64,000 nucleotides of DNA from Candidatus Sericytochromatia bacterium (GTDB taxonomy: Bacteria; Cyanobacteriota; Sericytochromatia; S15B-MN24; JAQBPE01): the NCBI GenBank assembly GCA_035285125.1, contig JAYKHR010000045.1, positions 214,691 to 278,690 on the forward strand, written 5' to 3'. The notes under the pieces are model-generated. The model worked only from the letters and a program-made list of their open reading frames with translations. It did no database searches and had not been told where the DNA came from. Below, one piece after another: positions 36,121-45,603 of this stretch. The number at the start of each line of letters is the position of its first letter. The stretch's first letter is position 1. Position numbers and translations under genes: made by a program.

Positions 36121-36348
36121 CGATTTCTCCTCCGTGGGCGCCCTCCAGCGGGGCGGCAGCATCCTACCACACCACCCGCGCGATGGCGAGGTTTAACCCG
36201 TAGGGTGTTGCACCACGCGGGATTGGCGTGAAGTGATGACTGGGCTTGGGCCGCCGGAGGGCGCGCCCGTCGCTGCGTCTGGGGAGCGGCGGGGGCGTTG
36301 CCCGTGGCCCTGGTGATCGGCCGCTGGGGCCAGGACCTGCCACCGGTG

Positions 36349-37497
36349 TCACGCAGGTGGCAGTGGTGTCTGTTGACGGGAGAAGAACGCGGCGATCCGT
36401 TCCAAGCCAAGGTCGATGGCCTCCCGCGGGGCCACCCAGGAGAGGCGCAGCCAGCCCTCTGCGCCGAAGGCCACCCCCGGGACCGTGACGACGCGCTGGG
36501 CTTCGAGCAGCTGGATGCAGGCCGCCCGGGAGTCCGCCTGCAGGTGGGGAGGCAGCGCGAGCATCATGTAAAACGCGCCCTCGGGCGGCACGTGCGCGAG
36601 CCCGAGCCGGGTGGCCTCGGCCACCACGTGGGCTCGGACGGCTTCGTAGTGGGGACGCTGCGCATCCAGCGCCACAGGCGACGAGAGGATGGCGTGCGCC
36701 ACTCGCTGGGAGAAGGTGCTGGCCGCCGTGACCACGAACTGGTGTGCCTTCACGGCAGTCTGCACGACCTCGGTCGGGGCCAGGAGCCACCCCAGCCTCA
36801 GGCCCGTGAGGGCATGGCTCTTCGACAGGCTGTTGACGACGACCGTCCGATCATACCGGGCGGCGAGCGGCACGGGCGGCTGCACGTAGCACAGCGCACG
36901 GTAGACCTCGTCCACCACCACCCAGGGCCGTGCCTCGCCGAGGGCGAGCAGTCCGTCCGCCAGGGCTTGCAGGGCCTCGTCCGGCCACACCCTGCCCGTC
37001 GGGTTCGCCGGCGAGGCCAGGACGATGAGCCGCGTTGCCGGGCCCACTGCGGCCAGGACGCGGGCCGCGTCCGGGGCGAAGTGCGTCTGCGGGGAGAGGC
37101 TCACGCGCCTGACGGCCACGCCCTCGAGGGCGCACAACTTCTCGTAGGCGGGGTAGCACGGGGCCACGACCAGCACCTCGTCCCGCGCGGGGTCGCACAG
37201 CGTCTTGATGGCGAGGTACAGCGCCTCCTGAGACCCGAGCGTCACGCACACGTGCTCGGGGCTGCCGAGGCCTGGCTGGCCGCAGCGGCTGGCGATGAGC
37301 GAGCGAAGTTCTGGGTCGCCGGCGTTGGGCGTGTAGGGGCAGCCGTGGCGAGAGACCCACTCGACGGCCGCCTGGAAAGGCGCCCGGTCGACGGGGAGCG
37401 TCGGCTCACCGAGCCCCAGGTCAATGTCACCTGGCTGCTTCAGCGCGGCGATGGCCCGAATCATCGAGCCCGGGATGGCCTGCAGTCCCGGGTTCAC
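36349..37497 (-). CDS. class I/II PLP aminotransferase (candidate DAP-pathway aminotransferase)
   Basis: LGLGEP, PANPTG, DEVY, SLSKSHALTGLRLGW. Confidence 0.85.
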   Translation of the reverse strand: MNPGLQAIPGSMIRAIAALKQPGDIDLGLGEPTLPVDRAPFQAAVEWVSRHGCPYTPNAGDPELRSLIASRCGQPGLGSPEHVCVTLGSQEALYLAIKTLCDPARDEVLVVAPCYPAYEKLCALEGVAVRRVSLSPQTHFAPDAARVLAAVGPATRLIVLASPANPTGRVWPDEALQALADGLLALGEARPWVVVDEVYRALCYVQPPVPLAARYDRTVVVNSLSKSHALTGLRLGWLLAPTEVVQTAVKAHQFVVTAASTFSQRVAHAILSSPVALDAQRPHYEAVRAHVVAEATRLGLAHVPPEGAFYMMLALPPHLQADSRAACIQLLEAQRVVTVPGVAFGAEGWLRLSWVAPREAIDLGLERIAAFFSRQQTPLPPA

Positions 37498-37527
37498 GTG
37501 GCGCGCCTCGCGGCCCTGGGTCGGCCG

Positions 37528-37767
37528 TCAGCCGATGTCGCCGTCATCCCCGATGGCGTTCACCGGACAGCCAGCCAGGGCCTCCTGACAGGCGGCGTCC
37601 TCATCAGGCGTGTTCGGCTGCCTGTAGCAGACGTCGTGCGTGCCGTCGTCAACGGCCTTGAAGTTGTCCGGGGCGAGGGACTCGCAGAGGTTGCAGAAGA
37701 TGCAGGTCTCGTCGACGTAGTACTTGCCGGGCGCGTTGTCGGCGTACTTGGTGGTCTTGTCGGCCAT
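37528..37767 (-). CDS. ferredoxin (single cluster)
   Basis: CIFCNLC...CPVNAI; SD AGGAG. Confidence 0.9.
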   Translation of the reverse strand: MADKTTKYADNAPGKYYVDETCIFCNLCESLAPDNFKAVDDGTHDVCYRQPNTPDEDAACQEALAGCPVNAIGDDGDIG

Positions 37768-37866
37768 GTCGGAGGGCTCCTGGGGCGTATCGCGGCTGCG
37801 CCGGTGGCGCGGGCAAGGCTGTGGTTTTCGGAGGCTCAGCTCCTTCGGCATGATGCCAGAAAGCGG

Positions 37867-38955
37867 CTATTCCGGCAACCTGGGCCCTTTCACGGCCTCG
37901 AACAGCTGACGGAGGGCCTTGGCGTTGGTCCCGAGGTCCGCGATGGCGACTGACTCGCGCGCCTGGTGGGCCTGCGCCGTCTCTCCGGGACCGAAGTTCA
38001 CGGCCGGGATGCCACGGGCCGTGAGCCGCGCGACGTCGGTCCAGGCTTGCTTGGGCTCCACGGCCAACGTCGTGGCCGCGCGCCAGGCCTCCACCCAGGG
38101 ATGCCCCAGGCACACGGCCCCTGCCGGCGCCTCGTCCACCACCTCGAGGTCGGCCTCGTCGCCCACCACGGCGCGGAGGTCCGCCAGCGCCTCCTCGGCC
38201 AGGCGCCCCGGCGCGAAGCGCACGTTGACGTTGAGCGTGAAGGCGTCCGGAACCACGTTCCGAGAGTTGCTCGTGGCCGCCGTGGTGGCGTTCATGACCT
38301 CTTGGAACTCGAGCTCTCCGAGGCGCACGGTCACGGGGGCGCGGGCCTTCAGCCTGCTGAGCAGCCCGGCGGCCTTGTAGATCGCGTTGTCGCCCTGCCA
38401 GGGGCGGGCGCTGTGCGCGCGACGCCCCCGGAAGGTCACCAGCGCGTGCAGGCCCCCGACGCACCCCATCTGGATGCGGTTGTCCGTGGGCTCGAGGCAG
38501 ACGCCGAAGTCCAGCGTCGGAAGCTCTCCCGTGGCGAACATAGGCTCCAGCCCGTTCTCGCTGGCGGGCCCCTCCTCCTTGTCGTAGAAAACCCCAACAA
38601 TGTTGCACTGCGCGAGGTCGCGGCTCTCGAGCAGGAGGGCCGACATCACGGCCAGGCCTCCCTTCATGTCGCTGGCGCCGCAGCCGTAAACGCGTCCGTC
38701 GCGCTGCTCCAGTGGCTGATCGGTCGCGGGGCGCACGGTGTCGAGGTGGCCGAACAGCCCGATGGTGGGGCGGCCTGGTTGCGCCGGGCCCCGCACCACC
38801 AACCCGCCCGCCACAGGCCTGACGTGCAACCCGGCGTCGGCGGCCTCGAGCTGGCTTCGGAGCGCTTCACGCAGGGCGCCCTCGTCGCCGGTGACGGAGG
38901 GGATGCTGCAGTAGTGTAGGGTGTAGGCCGCGAGGTCTGCCTCGGAGACGCGCAT
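37867..38955 (-). CDS. dapE: succinyl-diaminopimelate desuccinylase
   Basis: GHLDTV, YGCGASDMKGG, KEE, LEPT, AHSARPW, AHQ; adjacent to dapD. Confidence 0.9.
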   Translation of the reverse strand: MRVSEADLAAYTLHYCSIPSVTGDEGALREALRSQLEAADAGLHVRPVAGGLVVRGPAQPGRPTIGLFGHLDTVRPATDQPLEQRDGRVYGCGASDMKGGLAVMSALLLESRDLAQCNIVGVFYDKEEGPASENGLEPMFATGELPTLDFGVCLEPTDNRIQMGCVGGLHALVTFRGRRAHSARPWQGDNAIYKAAGLLSRLKARAPVTVRLGELEFQEVMNATTAATSNSRNVVPDAFTLNVNVRFAPGRLAEEALADLRAVVGDEADLEVVDEAPAGAVCLGHPWVEAWRAATTLAVEPKQAWTDVARLTARGIPAVNFGPGETAQAHQARESVAIADLGTNAKALRQLFEAVKGPRLPE

Positions 38956-38964
38956 GGCGACGCC

Positions 38965-39789
38965 TCAGACCGGCACGTCGAAGGTGCGCAGCACGTCGTT
39001 GAGGCTCGTCTTCCTGTCGGTGCTGGCCTGGCGGTGTCCGATCAGCAGGGCACATGGAACCTGGTACGTGCCCGCCGGGAAGGCCTTGGGCATGGTGCCG
39101 GGGATCACCACGGCGCGCGCCGGCACCCGACCCTTGGTGATGTGCGGTTCGGCCCCCGTCACGTCCACGATCGGGGTGGAGCTAGTCAGCACGACCCCGG
39201 CGCCGAGCACCGCCTCCTCCTCGACGAGCACGCCCTCGACGACCACACAGCGGGAGCCGATGAAGGCCCCATCCTCGATGATCACAGGACGTGCCGCGGG
39301 GGGCTCGAGCACCCCGCCGATCCCCACGCCGCCAGACAGGTGCACGTTGCGCCCGATCTGGGCGCAGCTGCCGACCGTGGCCCAGGTGTCGACCATGGTC
39401 CCCGCCCCCACCCAGGCGCCGATGTTCACGTAGCCTGGCATCAGCACGCAGCCTGGCTCGAGGAAGGAGCCGTAGCGGGCGACGCCCGGCGGCACCACGC
39501 GGATGCCCGCTGCGGCGAGGTCGCGCTTGGGCGGCACCTTGTCGAAAAACGAGAGGTCGCCAGCCTCCAAGGCCTCGAGGGGGCGCATGGCGAAGTACAG
39601 CAGGATCGCCTGCTTCACCCACTCGTTGACCTCCCAGGCCCCGTCGCGCTTCTCCGCCACGCGCACCTCTCCGCGGTCGAGGGCCGCGATCGTCGCCTCG
39701 ACGGCTTCCCGCACCTCCGGGTTGCGCAGCTTGTCGCGGTCCTCGAAGGCCTCCCGGATCGGGTTGGCGGTCGCAGTCGTTGGATTCAT
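38965..39789 (-). CDS. dapD: tetrahydrodipicolinate N-succinyltransferase
   Basis: VNEWVKQAILLYF, YVNIGA, MVDTWATVGSCAQIG, IGGVLEP. Confidence 0.97.
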   Translation of the reverse strand: MNPTTATANPIREAFEDRDKLRNPEVREAVEATIAALDRGEVRVAEKRDGAWEVNEWVKQAILLYFAMRPLEALEAGDLSFFDKVPPKRDLAAAGIRVVPPGVARYGSFLEPGCVLMPGYVNIGAWVGAGTMVDTWATVGSCAQIGRNVHLSGGVGIGGVLEPPAARPVIIEDGAFIGSRCVVVEGVLVEEEAVLGAGVVLTSSTPIVDVTGAEPHITKGRVPARAVVIPGTMPKAFPAGTYQVPCALLIGHRQASTDRKTSLNDVLRTFDVPV

Positions 39790-39933
39790 CTGGACTCCTC
39801 GCACCATGGGTGGGCGGTAGTTGGGTATACGGGGTACGGCCTCGTCGGGACGACGCATGATACGCCATCCCACGAGGGGCCGCCAGGATGTTCGGAAGGT
39901 CCGAAAGTGCCCTGCACGAGCGCGCCGAGCGGC

Positions 39934-39962
39934 TTGACGCCCCCGGGACGACCCCCTATCCT
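39934..39962 (+). promoter_or_regulatory. sigma70-type promoter of the signalling operon
   Basis: TTGACG-17 nt-TATCCT. Confidence 0.65.
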
Positions 39963-40032
39963 GTCGGGCGCGACCCGAGACGCCGGAGTGAGGCCGGTTG
40001 GGACATCTGAGCCGACTTAGCGAGGAGCTTTC

Positions 40033-41025
40033 GTGTCAAAGAAATATTCCATTTTGGTGGTCGATGACGAGCCCGACAACCTCCTCCTGCTCGAGCGCGT
40101 GCTGCGGCGCGAATACAACGTGTTCTCCGCGAACAGCGGCGCTGAGGCGCTCGAGTTCCTCGAGGGCATGGATGTCGATATGATCATCTCCGACCAGCGG
40201 ATGCCCAACATGACGGGGGCAGAGCTGCTCGGGTCCGCCTACCTTCGCAATCCCGACCAGGTTCGCATCCTCCTCACAGCGTACTCGGACGTCAAGGACA
40301 TCATCCAGGCCATCAACGCCGGGCACATCTACCAGTACATCGCCAAGCCCTGGGACCCTGACGAGCTCAAGCTCGTGGTGCGGCGCTCTCTTGAGTCCTA
40401 CCAGCTCACGCTGGACAACCGGCGCATGCTCGCAGAGTACCGCAACGACGAGGCCATGGTGCTCTCGGCCTTTTCCAACATCGTCGGGAGCCTCGAGCGC
40501 CGGGTGCCTGCCCGCCGCGGCCGCGCCGCCCGGGTCAAGGATTACGCCAGCGCCCTGGCGCGCGAGCTGCGGCTGTTCGGTGAAGAGATGACGCAACTGG
40601 AGGCCGCGGCCCACCTGTACCAGCTCGGGACCCTGGTCCTGCCGGACGCGGTGCTCAACACCCCTGAGGACGCCCTCGACGCCGATGGCCGAGAGGCCCT
40701 CGCGGCGGCCGAAGGGGCCACCGAGGAGCTGCTGCTGCCCCTGCCCTTCTTCGTGAAGGCCACCCCGATCTGCGGCCTGCTCGCCGAGCGGTACGACGGC
40801 TCCGGCCCGCGCGGCATGAGTGGGGCCTCCATTCCGCAACTTGCTCGAATCCTCCATGTTGCCATCGCCTTCGAGGAAGCAACCTCTGGGGTCGGGGGCA
40901 GCTCCACCGAGGGCGCGCTGGCATCCCTCGCCGCGATGAAGGGCACGCGGCTCGATCCGGAGCTCGTGGACCAGTTTGCCGCGCTGCTCGCGGCCAACCC
41001 GGACCTCGCCTCATGCCTCAGCTGA
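40033..41025 (+). CDS. response regulator with degenerate HD-GYP domain
   Basis: Intact REC (VDDE, SDQRMP, LTA, KPW); HD-GYP scaffold ERYDGSG, IPQLARI without metal ligands. Confidence 0.85.
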   Translation: MSKKYSILVVDDEPDNLLLLERVLRREYNVFSANSGAEALEFLEGMDVDMIISDQRMPNMTGAELLGSAYLRNPDQVRILLTAYSDVKDIIQAINAGHIYQYIAKPWDPDELKLVVRRSLESYQLTLDNRRMLAEYRNDEAMVLSAFSNIVGSLERRVPARRGRAARVKDYASALARELRLFGEEMTQLEAAAHLYQLGTLVLPDAVLNTPEDALDADGREALAAAEGATEELLLPLPFFVKATPICGLLAERYDGSGPRGMSGASIPQLARILHVAIAFEEATSGVGGSSTEGALASLAAMKGTRLDPELVDQFAALLAANPDLASCLS

Positions 41026-42002
41026 TCCTGGGCGACAAGTCCGACCTGTTCCGCCGGTCCATCTCGGCCGTCCTCCAGAACGAGGGCTACGAGGTGGTGC
41101 CCGCCGAGTCCGGTCAAAAGGTGCTGCAACTCGTCCACACCACGAGGCCCGTGGCGATCATCCTGGACGCGGAGACGCCCGAGCCCAGCGGGCTCGAGAC
41201 GCTGTTGCTGCTGAAGCGCAACCCGCAGTTCCGGCGCATCCCCGTGATCCTCGTGACGCGGGACACCACGGCCCCTCACGTGGTGAACACCTTCCGGGCC
41301 GTGGCGGACGCCATCATGTTCAAGCCGATCGACGTCAACGTGCTGCTCAAGAACCTGGCAGGCGTGGTGCGGCCAGCGCCGTCCGTGAGCCAACCGATCG
41401 AGGCCAGCTTCGGCGTCACGCGGATCGTGGCGCGCCTCCGCTTCATCGACCAGTACGGCACGCTGTACCTCGACAAGGAGCCCCAGCGGCTGCGTGACGG
41501 CACCATCGGCAGGCTGTTCGGCCTCGCGCCCGTGGGCAGCATGGGGACCATCAGCTTCGACCTCGACCGCGGCGCCCGCGTGTTTCAACGGGTGCTGCTC
41601 GACGAGGAGAACGAGGCTGGCCTGGCGGTCTTTCCGGCGGGCGATCCGGGCACCTCAGACCCGCCGGACGTGCTGCGCATCCCGGTGAACTACCAGGGAC
41701 GCTACCTCGTGCCGGGGTCCGTCGTGAAGTCCGCGATGGTCTCCCAGCTTCATGGCCAAGGCGTGTTGCTGGCCGGGCTCGATGAGGAACCCCGCTTCAA
41801 CACGCCCATCCAGACGACGGTGCTGAGCCCTGCGGTTGGGGTCGATGTGGGCATCACGTTCCAGGGGAAGGTCACGGCAACGCGCGCGGTGCCTTCCGGT
41901 CGGTTCGAGGCTGAGGTGCTTCTCACAGAGCCACCCGGCTCTGCCTATGTCAGCTTGCTGGCCGAGGCGAGCGCTGGCCGGCCGTTCCGTAGCGTGGGTT
42001 GA
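41013..42002 (+). CDS. response regulator with degenerate PilZ-like C-terminus
   Basis: REC (IILD, IPVILVT, FKP); beta-rich C-terminus LRIPV..QLHGQG..FQGKV. Confidence 0.7.
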   Translation: MPQLILGDKSDLFRRSISAVLQNEGYEVVPAESGQKVLQLVHTTRPVAIILDAETPEPSGLETLLLLKRNPQFRRIPVILVTRDTTAPHVVNTFRAVADAIMFKPIDVNVLLKNLAGVVRPAPSVSQPIEASFGVTRIVARLRFIDQYGTLYLDKEPQRLRDGTIGRLFGLAPVGSMGTISFDLDRGARVFQRVLLDEENEAGLAVFPAGDPGTSDPPDVLRIPVNYQGRYLVPGSVVKSAMVSQLHGQGVLLAGLDEEPRFNTPIQTTVLSPAVGVDVGITFQGKVTATRAVPSGRFEAEVLLTEPPGSAYVSLLAEASAGRPFRSVG

Positions 42003-42005
42003 CCG

Positions 42006-42857
42006 ATGGGGATTGACGCCATGAACACGTCTTCTGCTCCGGACAAGGCCCAGCGCCTTGCCCAGACCGAGCGACTCCAGAGCCTCGGGCAGCTGGTTGC
42101 AGGGGTGATCCACGAGCTGAACAACCCGCTGACCCTGGTCGGCGCCAACCTCCAGGTGTTGGAGGAGTATGTAGGCCAGATGGTTCATCTCAATGGCCTT
42201 TACAGGTCTGGTGCTAGCACGGAGGAGATAGAAACCTACCTCGAGGAGATCGACCACAGCTACCTCCAGCAGGATCTGCCGCGCGTGATGATGAGCTGCC
42301 GGGAGGGGGCCAGCCGCGCCCGGGCGCTGGTCGACGAGCTTCGCCGGTTCTCCATCACCAACCACTACGAGGTCGGGCCGGTCGACCTTCGGCGGCTCAT
42401 CACCTCCACCGTCCGTCTCCTCCAGACGTCCTACAGGGGGCGCGTTGAGTTTGCGCTGGAGCTCGACCACCTCGTGCCCATCGTGGGCGTCAGTGGGCAC
42501 CTGCAGCAGGTCTTCATGAACCTTATCGTGAACGGTTGCCAGGCGATCGAAGACAAGGGCTCGCTGGTGTTGCGAGGCGCTCGGCGCGAGGCTGGCGTGG
42601 TCGTGGAGGTCTGCGACACGGGGGCTGGCATCGCGCCAGAGGTCCTGCCGCGCATCTTCGAGCCTTACTTCTCCACCAAGGGAGCCGACCAGGGCACGGG
42701 CCTCGGACTGCCCATCAGCAAGCGCATCGTGGAGAAGCACGGGGGCAAGCTGGAGGTCGACTCGACCCCCGGCCAGGGGACTACCTTCCGCGTCGTGTTG
42801 CCACTGGAGTGCGACCCGGCTCTGGCAGACGACCCCATTTCACCGTACGAACTCTAG
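42006..42857 (+). CDS. sensor-less cytoplasmic histidine kinase
   Basis: HELNNPL, NLIVNG, DTGAGI, FEPYFSTK, GTGLGL. Confidence 0.92.
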   Translation: MGIDAMNTSSAPDKAQRLAQTERLQSLGQLVAGVIHELNNPLTLVGANLQVLEEYVGQMVHLNGLYRSGASTEEIETYLEEIDHSYLQQDLPRVMMSCREGASRARALVDELRRFSITNHYEVGPVDLRRLITSTVRLLQTSYRGRVEFALELDHLVPIVGVSGHLQQVFMNLIVNGCQAIEDKGSLVLRGARREAGVVVEVCDTGAGIAPEVLPRIFEPYFSTKGADQGTGLGLPISKRIVEKHGGKLEVDSTPGQGTTFRVVLPLECDPALADDPISPYEL

Positions 42858-42984
42858 GTGTCCGGCTGCGGGTGCACCGCAGCCGGCAATCGGGTATGAT
42901 CAGGCATCGGGCAGATCGAAATTGCAGTTGAGCGCGGCCTCTCGAGCGGCCCCGCGAGTGCCCCGGGGTTACGAAGGACTGGCT

Positions 42985-45090
42985 GTGTTCGGCAACTCAA
43001 CCACCCCACAGCAGCTGATTAACAACCGCTTCGAGCTGGTCGAGACGATCGCCGAGGGGGGGATGGGAAACACCTACCGGGCGGTCGACCACCTTCGGCA
43101 GCGTCCCGTGTGGTTGAAGATCCTCGACGGCGACCATCCCATCGCCCCACCGCGGCTGCATCGCTTCAAAACCGAGTTCAGGCGGACGCCCAGCATCGTC
43201 GATCAGGGCGGGTGGGAGGTCTATGACCTGGGCCTGACGGAGCAGGGCTTCCTCTTCATGACGCTCGAACTGCACGAGCAGCCCGGCGAGCAGCTTGCTG
43301 CCCCGGCAGCGGGGGGGGGGCCGGACGAGGACTGGGCCGCGGCCCTTGCGCTCGGCGACCTGCTCCAAGGCGAGCGCATCCAGGCGATGCTCGCTTGGAC
43401 GCGGGCTTACGCCGGGGCCGAGCGGGTGTGCTTCCAGCCCTTCACCGAGGACGGGCGAGAGGGGCCCCTGGTGGTCATGGGCGGTGACGCCACCGACGTG
43501 ACGGACATTGCCCGCCACGCCATCGAGCGTGCGCGCCACGCCCGCGAGCCCAACGAGCAGCGGGCGGACGGGCGTCTCGGCGTCGCCTTGCCCCTGGTCT
43601 CCGGCGACCAGGTCCGTGCTTGCCTGTGGCTGGAGGGGCCGGAGGTGTCCGTGCGCCCGCACCAGGCCCTCGACATCTGGCCCCACTGGCGGGCGGCGGT
43701 GGTCGCGGACGTTCGGATCCGCCGGATCGAGGAAGACAAGCACCACCTCGAGCGGCTGAACGATCTGGCTCGCGCCGTCTCGGCCACCCTCGACCTCGGT
43801 GCGATCCTCGACATGGTCCTCCGGCAGGCCCTCGACGTCTCGGAGGCCGAGCAGGGGGCGGTGTTCTGGGGCATGGAGCGCCTCGCCACGATGGACCGGC
43901 AGGGAGTCCCCGTGCCAGAGCTGCAGGTCAGCCAGAGCGTCATCCAGCAGGTGCTCGACAACTGCAAGCCCATCGCGCTCATCGACACGCAGGAAGACGA
44001 GCGCTTTGCCAACAAGCACAGCATCATGAACCTGCGGCTGCGGTCAATCATGTGCGTGCCGCTGCGGGCCGGGAAGGACGTCCTGGGTGTGCTGTACGTC
44101 AGCTCCCAGAGCGTGGCCCGCACCTTCGGTCCCTCTGACCTCTCGGTCCTGGAGGGGCTCGCGGGCCAGGTCAGCCTTGCGCTCGCCAACGCGCGGGCCT
44201 ACCAGACCATCCGTGAGCTCAATACGGGCCTCGAAGAGAAGGTCCAGCTGCGGACGGCTGAGCTCGAGTCGACCCTCGCCGAGCTCAAGAAGACCCAGGG
44301 GCAGCTGGTGCAGGCCGAGAAAATGTCCTCGCTCGGCCAGATGGTGGCTGGCGTGGCCCACGAGCTCAACAATCCGCTGAACTTCATCCACGGAAACACC
44401 AAGGTGTTCCGCAACTATGCGCAGGACCTGTTCGGCCTCATCGAGATGTATGGCCGCAAGCTGCCCAGCGACCCCGAGATCGCCGAGCGCAAGCAGGACA
44501 TCGACTTCGACTACCTCCAGGACGACATCACCAAGACCATCGACAGCGTCTTGAAGGGGACGGTCCGCTGCCAGAAGATCGTGGCGGACCTCAAGACCTT
44601 CTCCGGCCACGACGAGGCCGAGCTCAAGGAGACGGACCTCAAGGAGGGCGTCGAGAGTACGATCTCCGTCGTGCAAGGGCGGTTCGGCGAGCGCGTCACC
44701 TTCGAGCTTGACATCCAGGCCGTTCCCCAGCTCAATGCCTTCGGCAAGCAGCTGAACCAGGCCTTCCTGGCTGTTCTCACAAACGCCTGCCAGGCCCTCT
44801 CCGCGCCCGGCACCGTCAGAGTCAGGCTGGCGAAGGAGGGGGAAGAAATCGTCCTGCGCGTGACGGACACCGGTGCGGGCATCCCGCCTGAGCACTTGTC
44901 CAAGATTTTCGATCCGTTTTTCACCACCCGCCCCATCGGCGAGGGCACCGGCCTAGGGCTCACCACCGCATACTCCGTCGTCGATCGGCACCGGGGACGC
45001 ATCGAGGTGTCGAGCCAGGTGGGTGCTGGCTCCACCTTCACCATTCGCCTGCCGATCTCCGGGGTCACCGGAGATGGCTCGCCCCGCTGA
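42985..45090 (+). CDS. GAF histidine kinase with N-terminal Ser/Thr-kinase N-lobe fragment
   Basis: EGGMGNTY..VWLK; GAF (LRSIMCVPL); HELNNPL, DTGAGI, GTGLGL; GTG start with SD AAGGA. Confidence 0.9.
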   Translation: MFGNSTTPQQLINNRFELVETIAEGGMGNTYRAVDHLRQRPVWLKILDGDHPIAPPRLHRFKTEFRRTPSIVDQGGWEVYDLGLTEQGFLFMTLELHEQPGEQLAAPAAGGGPDEDWAAALALGDLLQGERIQAMLAWTRAYAGAERVCFQPFTEDGREGPLVVMGGDATDVTDIARHAIERARHAREPNEQRADGRLGVALPLVSGDQVRACLWLEGPEVSVRPHQALDIWPHWRAAVVADVRIRRIEEDKHHLERLNDLARAVSATLDLGAILDMVLRQALDVSEAEQGAVFWGMERLATMDRQGVPVPELQVSQSVIQQVLDNCKPIALIDTQEDERFANKHSIMNLRLRSIMCVPLRAGKDVLGVLYVSSQSVARTFGPSDLSVLEGLAGQVSLALANARAYQTIRELNTGLEEKVQLRTAELESTLAELKKTQGQLVQAEKMSSLGQMVAGVAHELNNPLNFIHGNTKVFRNYAQDLFGLIEMYGRKLPSDPEIAERKQDIDFDYLQDDITKTIDSVLKGTVRCQKIVADLKTFSGHDEAELKETDLKEGVESTISVVQGRFGERVTFELDIQAVPQLNAFGKQLNQAFLAVLTNACQALSAPGTVRVRLAKEGEEIVLRVTDTGAGIPPEHLSKIFDPFFTTRPIGEGTGLGLTTAYSVVDRHRGRIEVSSQVGAGSTFTIRLPISGVTGDGSPR

Positions 45091-45139
45091 CACCCCACTG
45101 GCACGCCGCAGGCGGGCCGGTCCACGCAAGGAGGATTCC

Positions 45140-45535
45140 ATGGCACGCGAGGCCACGAGCACGGACGTGCTCAAGACGCTCAAGGAGGCGCTGGACGCGT
45201 CGCTGCGAGACGTCGATGCCACCGTCGAGTACCACTACTCCGGGGCTGAGCGCGGCTCGCTGAGCATCATCCGTGAGGGCAAGGCGCTCCAGACCTCCTA
45301 CTTCGCCAGCTTCGAGATCCAGGCGCTGCGTGACGGCGGTGCTGCCGCCCTCGACAAGCAAAAGCAGACGCTGCTCGACCAGGTGCAACGCCTCTTGAAC
45401 CCCCCCAAGCCGCAGCCGATCAGCCTCACGAGCGTCCTGCCGGCTCGCCGTGGGCGCGCTGGGGCGCGAGCCAAGGCCGCGGTGGAGGGGGAGACGGGGC
45501 CCGAGACCGCCGAAGAGGGCGGTGAAGAGGAGTAG
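45140..45535 (+). CDS. hypothetical protein with basic then acidic C-terminal tail
   Basis: SD AAGGAGGA; typical codon bias. Confidence 0.75.
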   Translation: MAREATSTDVLKTLKEALDASLRDVDATVEYHYSGAERGSLSIIREGKALQTSYFASFEIQALRDGGAAALDKQKQTLLDQVQRLLNPPKPQPISLTSVLPARRGRAGARAKAAVEGETGPETAEEGGEEE

Positions 45536-45556
45536 CCCGCGCGTCGCGTGAGAGCA

Positions 45557-45585
45557 GGGGCCAGGCGCCTGAGGCGTCTGGCCCC
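45557..45585. terminator. hairpin between convergent genes
   Basis: GGGGCCAGGCGCC-TGA-GGCGTCTGGCCCC. Confidence 0.65.
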
Positions 45586-45603
45586 CTCGCTTTGAGGGGG
45601 CCC

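Noticed and set aside
36175..36221. Nested inverted repeat (CCCGCG..ACCC-GTA-GGGT..CGCGGG) upstream of hisJ
   Set aside because: Lies upstream of the likely -10 (TAGGAT); matches no riboswitch I recognise and has no U-tract; short GC stems are common by chance
39790..39865. Lysine riboswitch upstream of dapD
   Set aside because: The leader after the likely -10 is only about 60 nt and lacks the conserved elements
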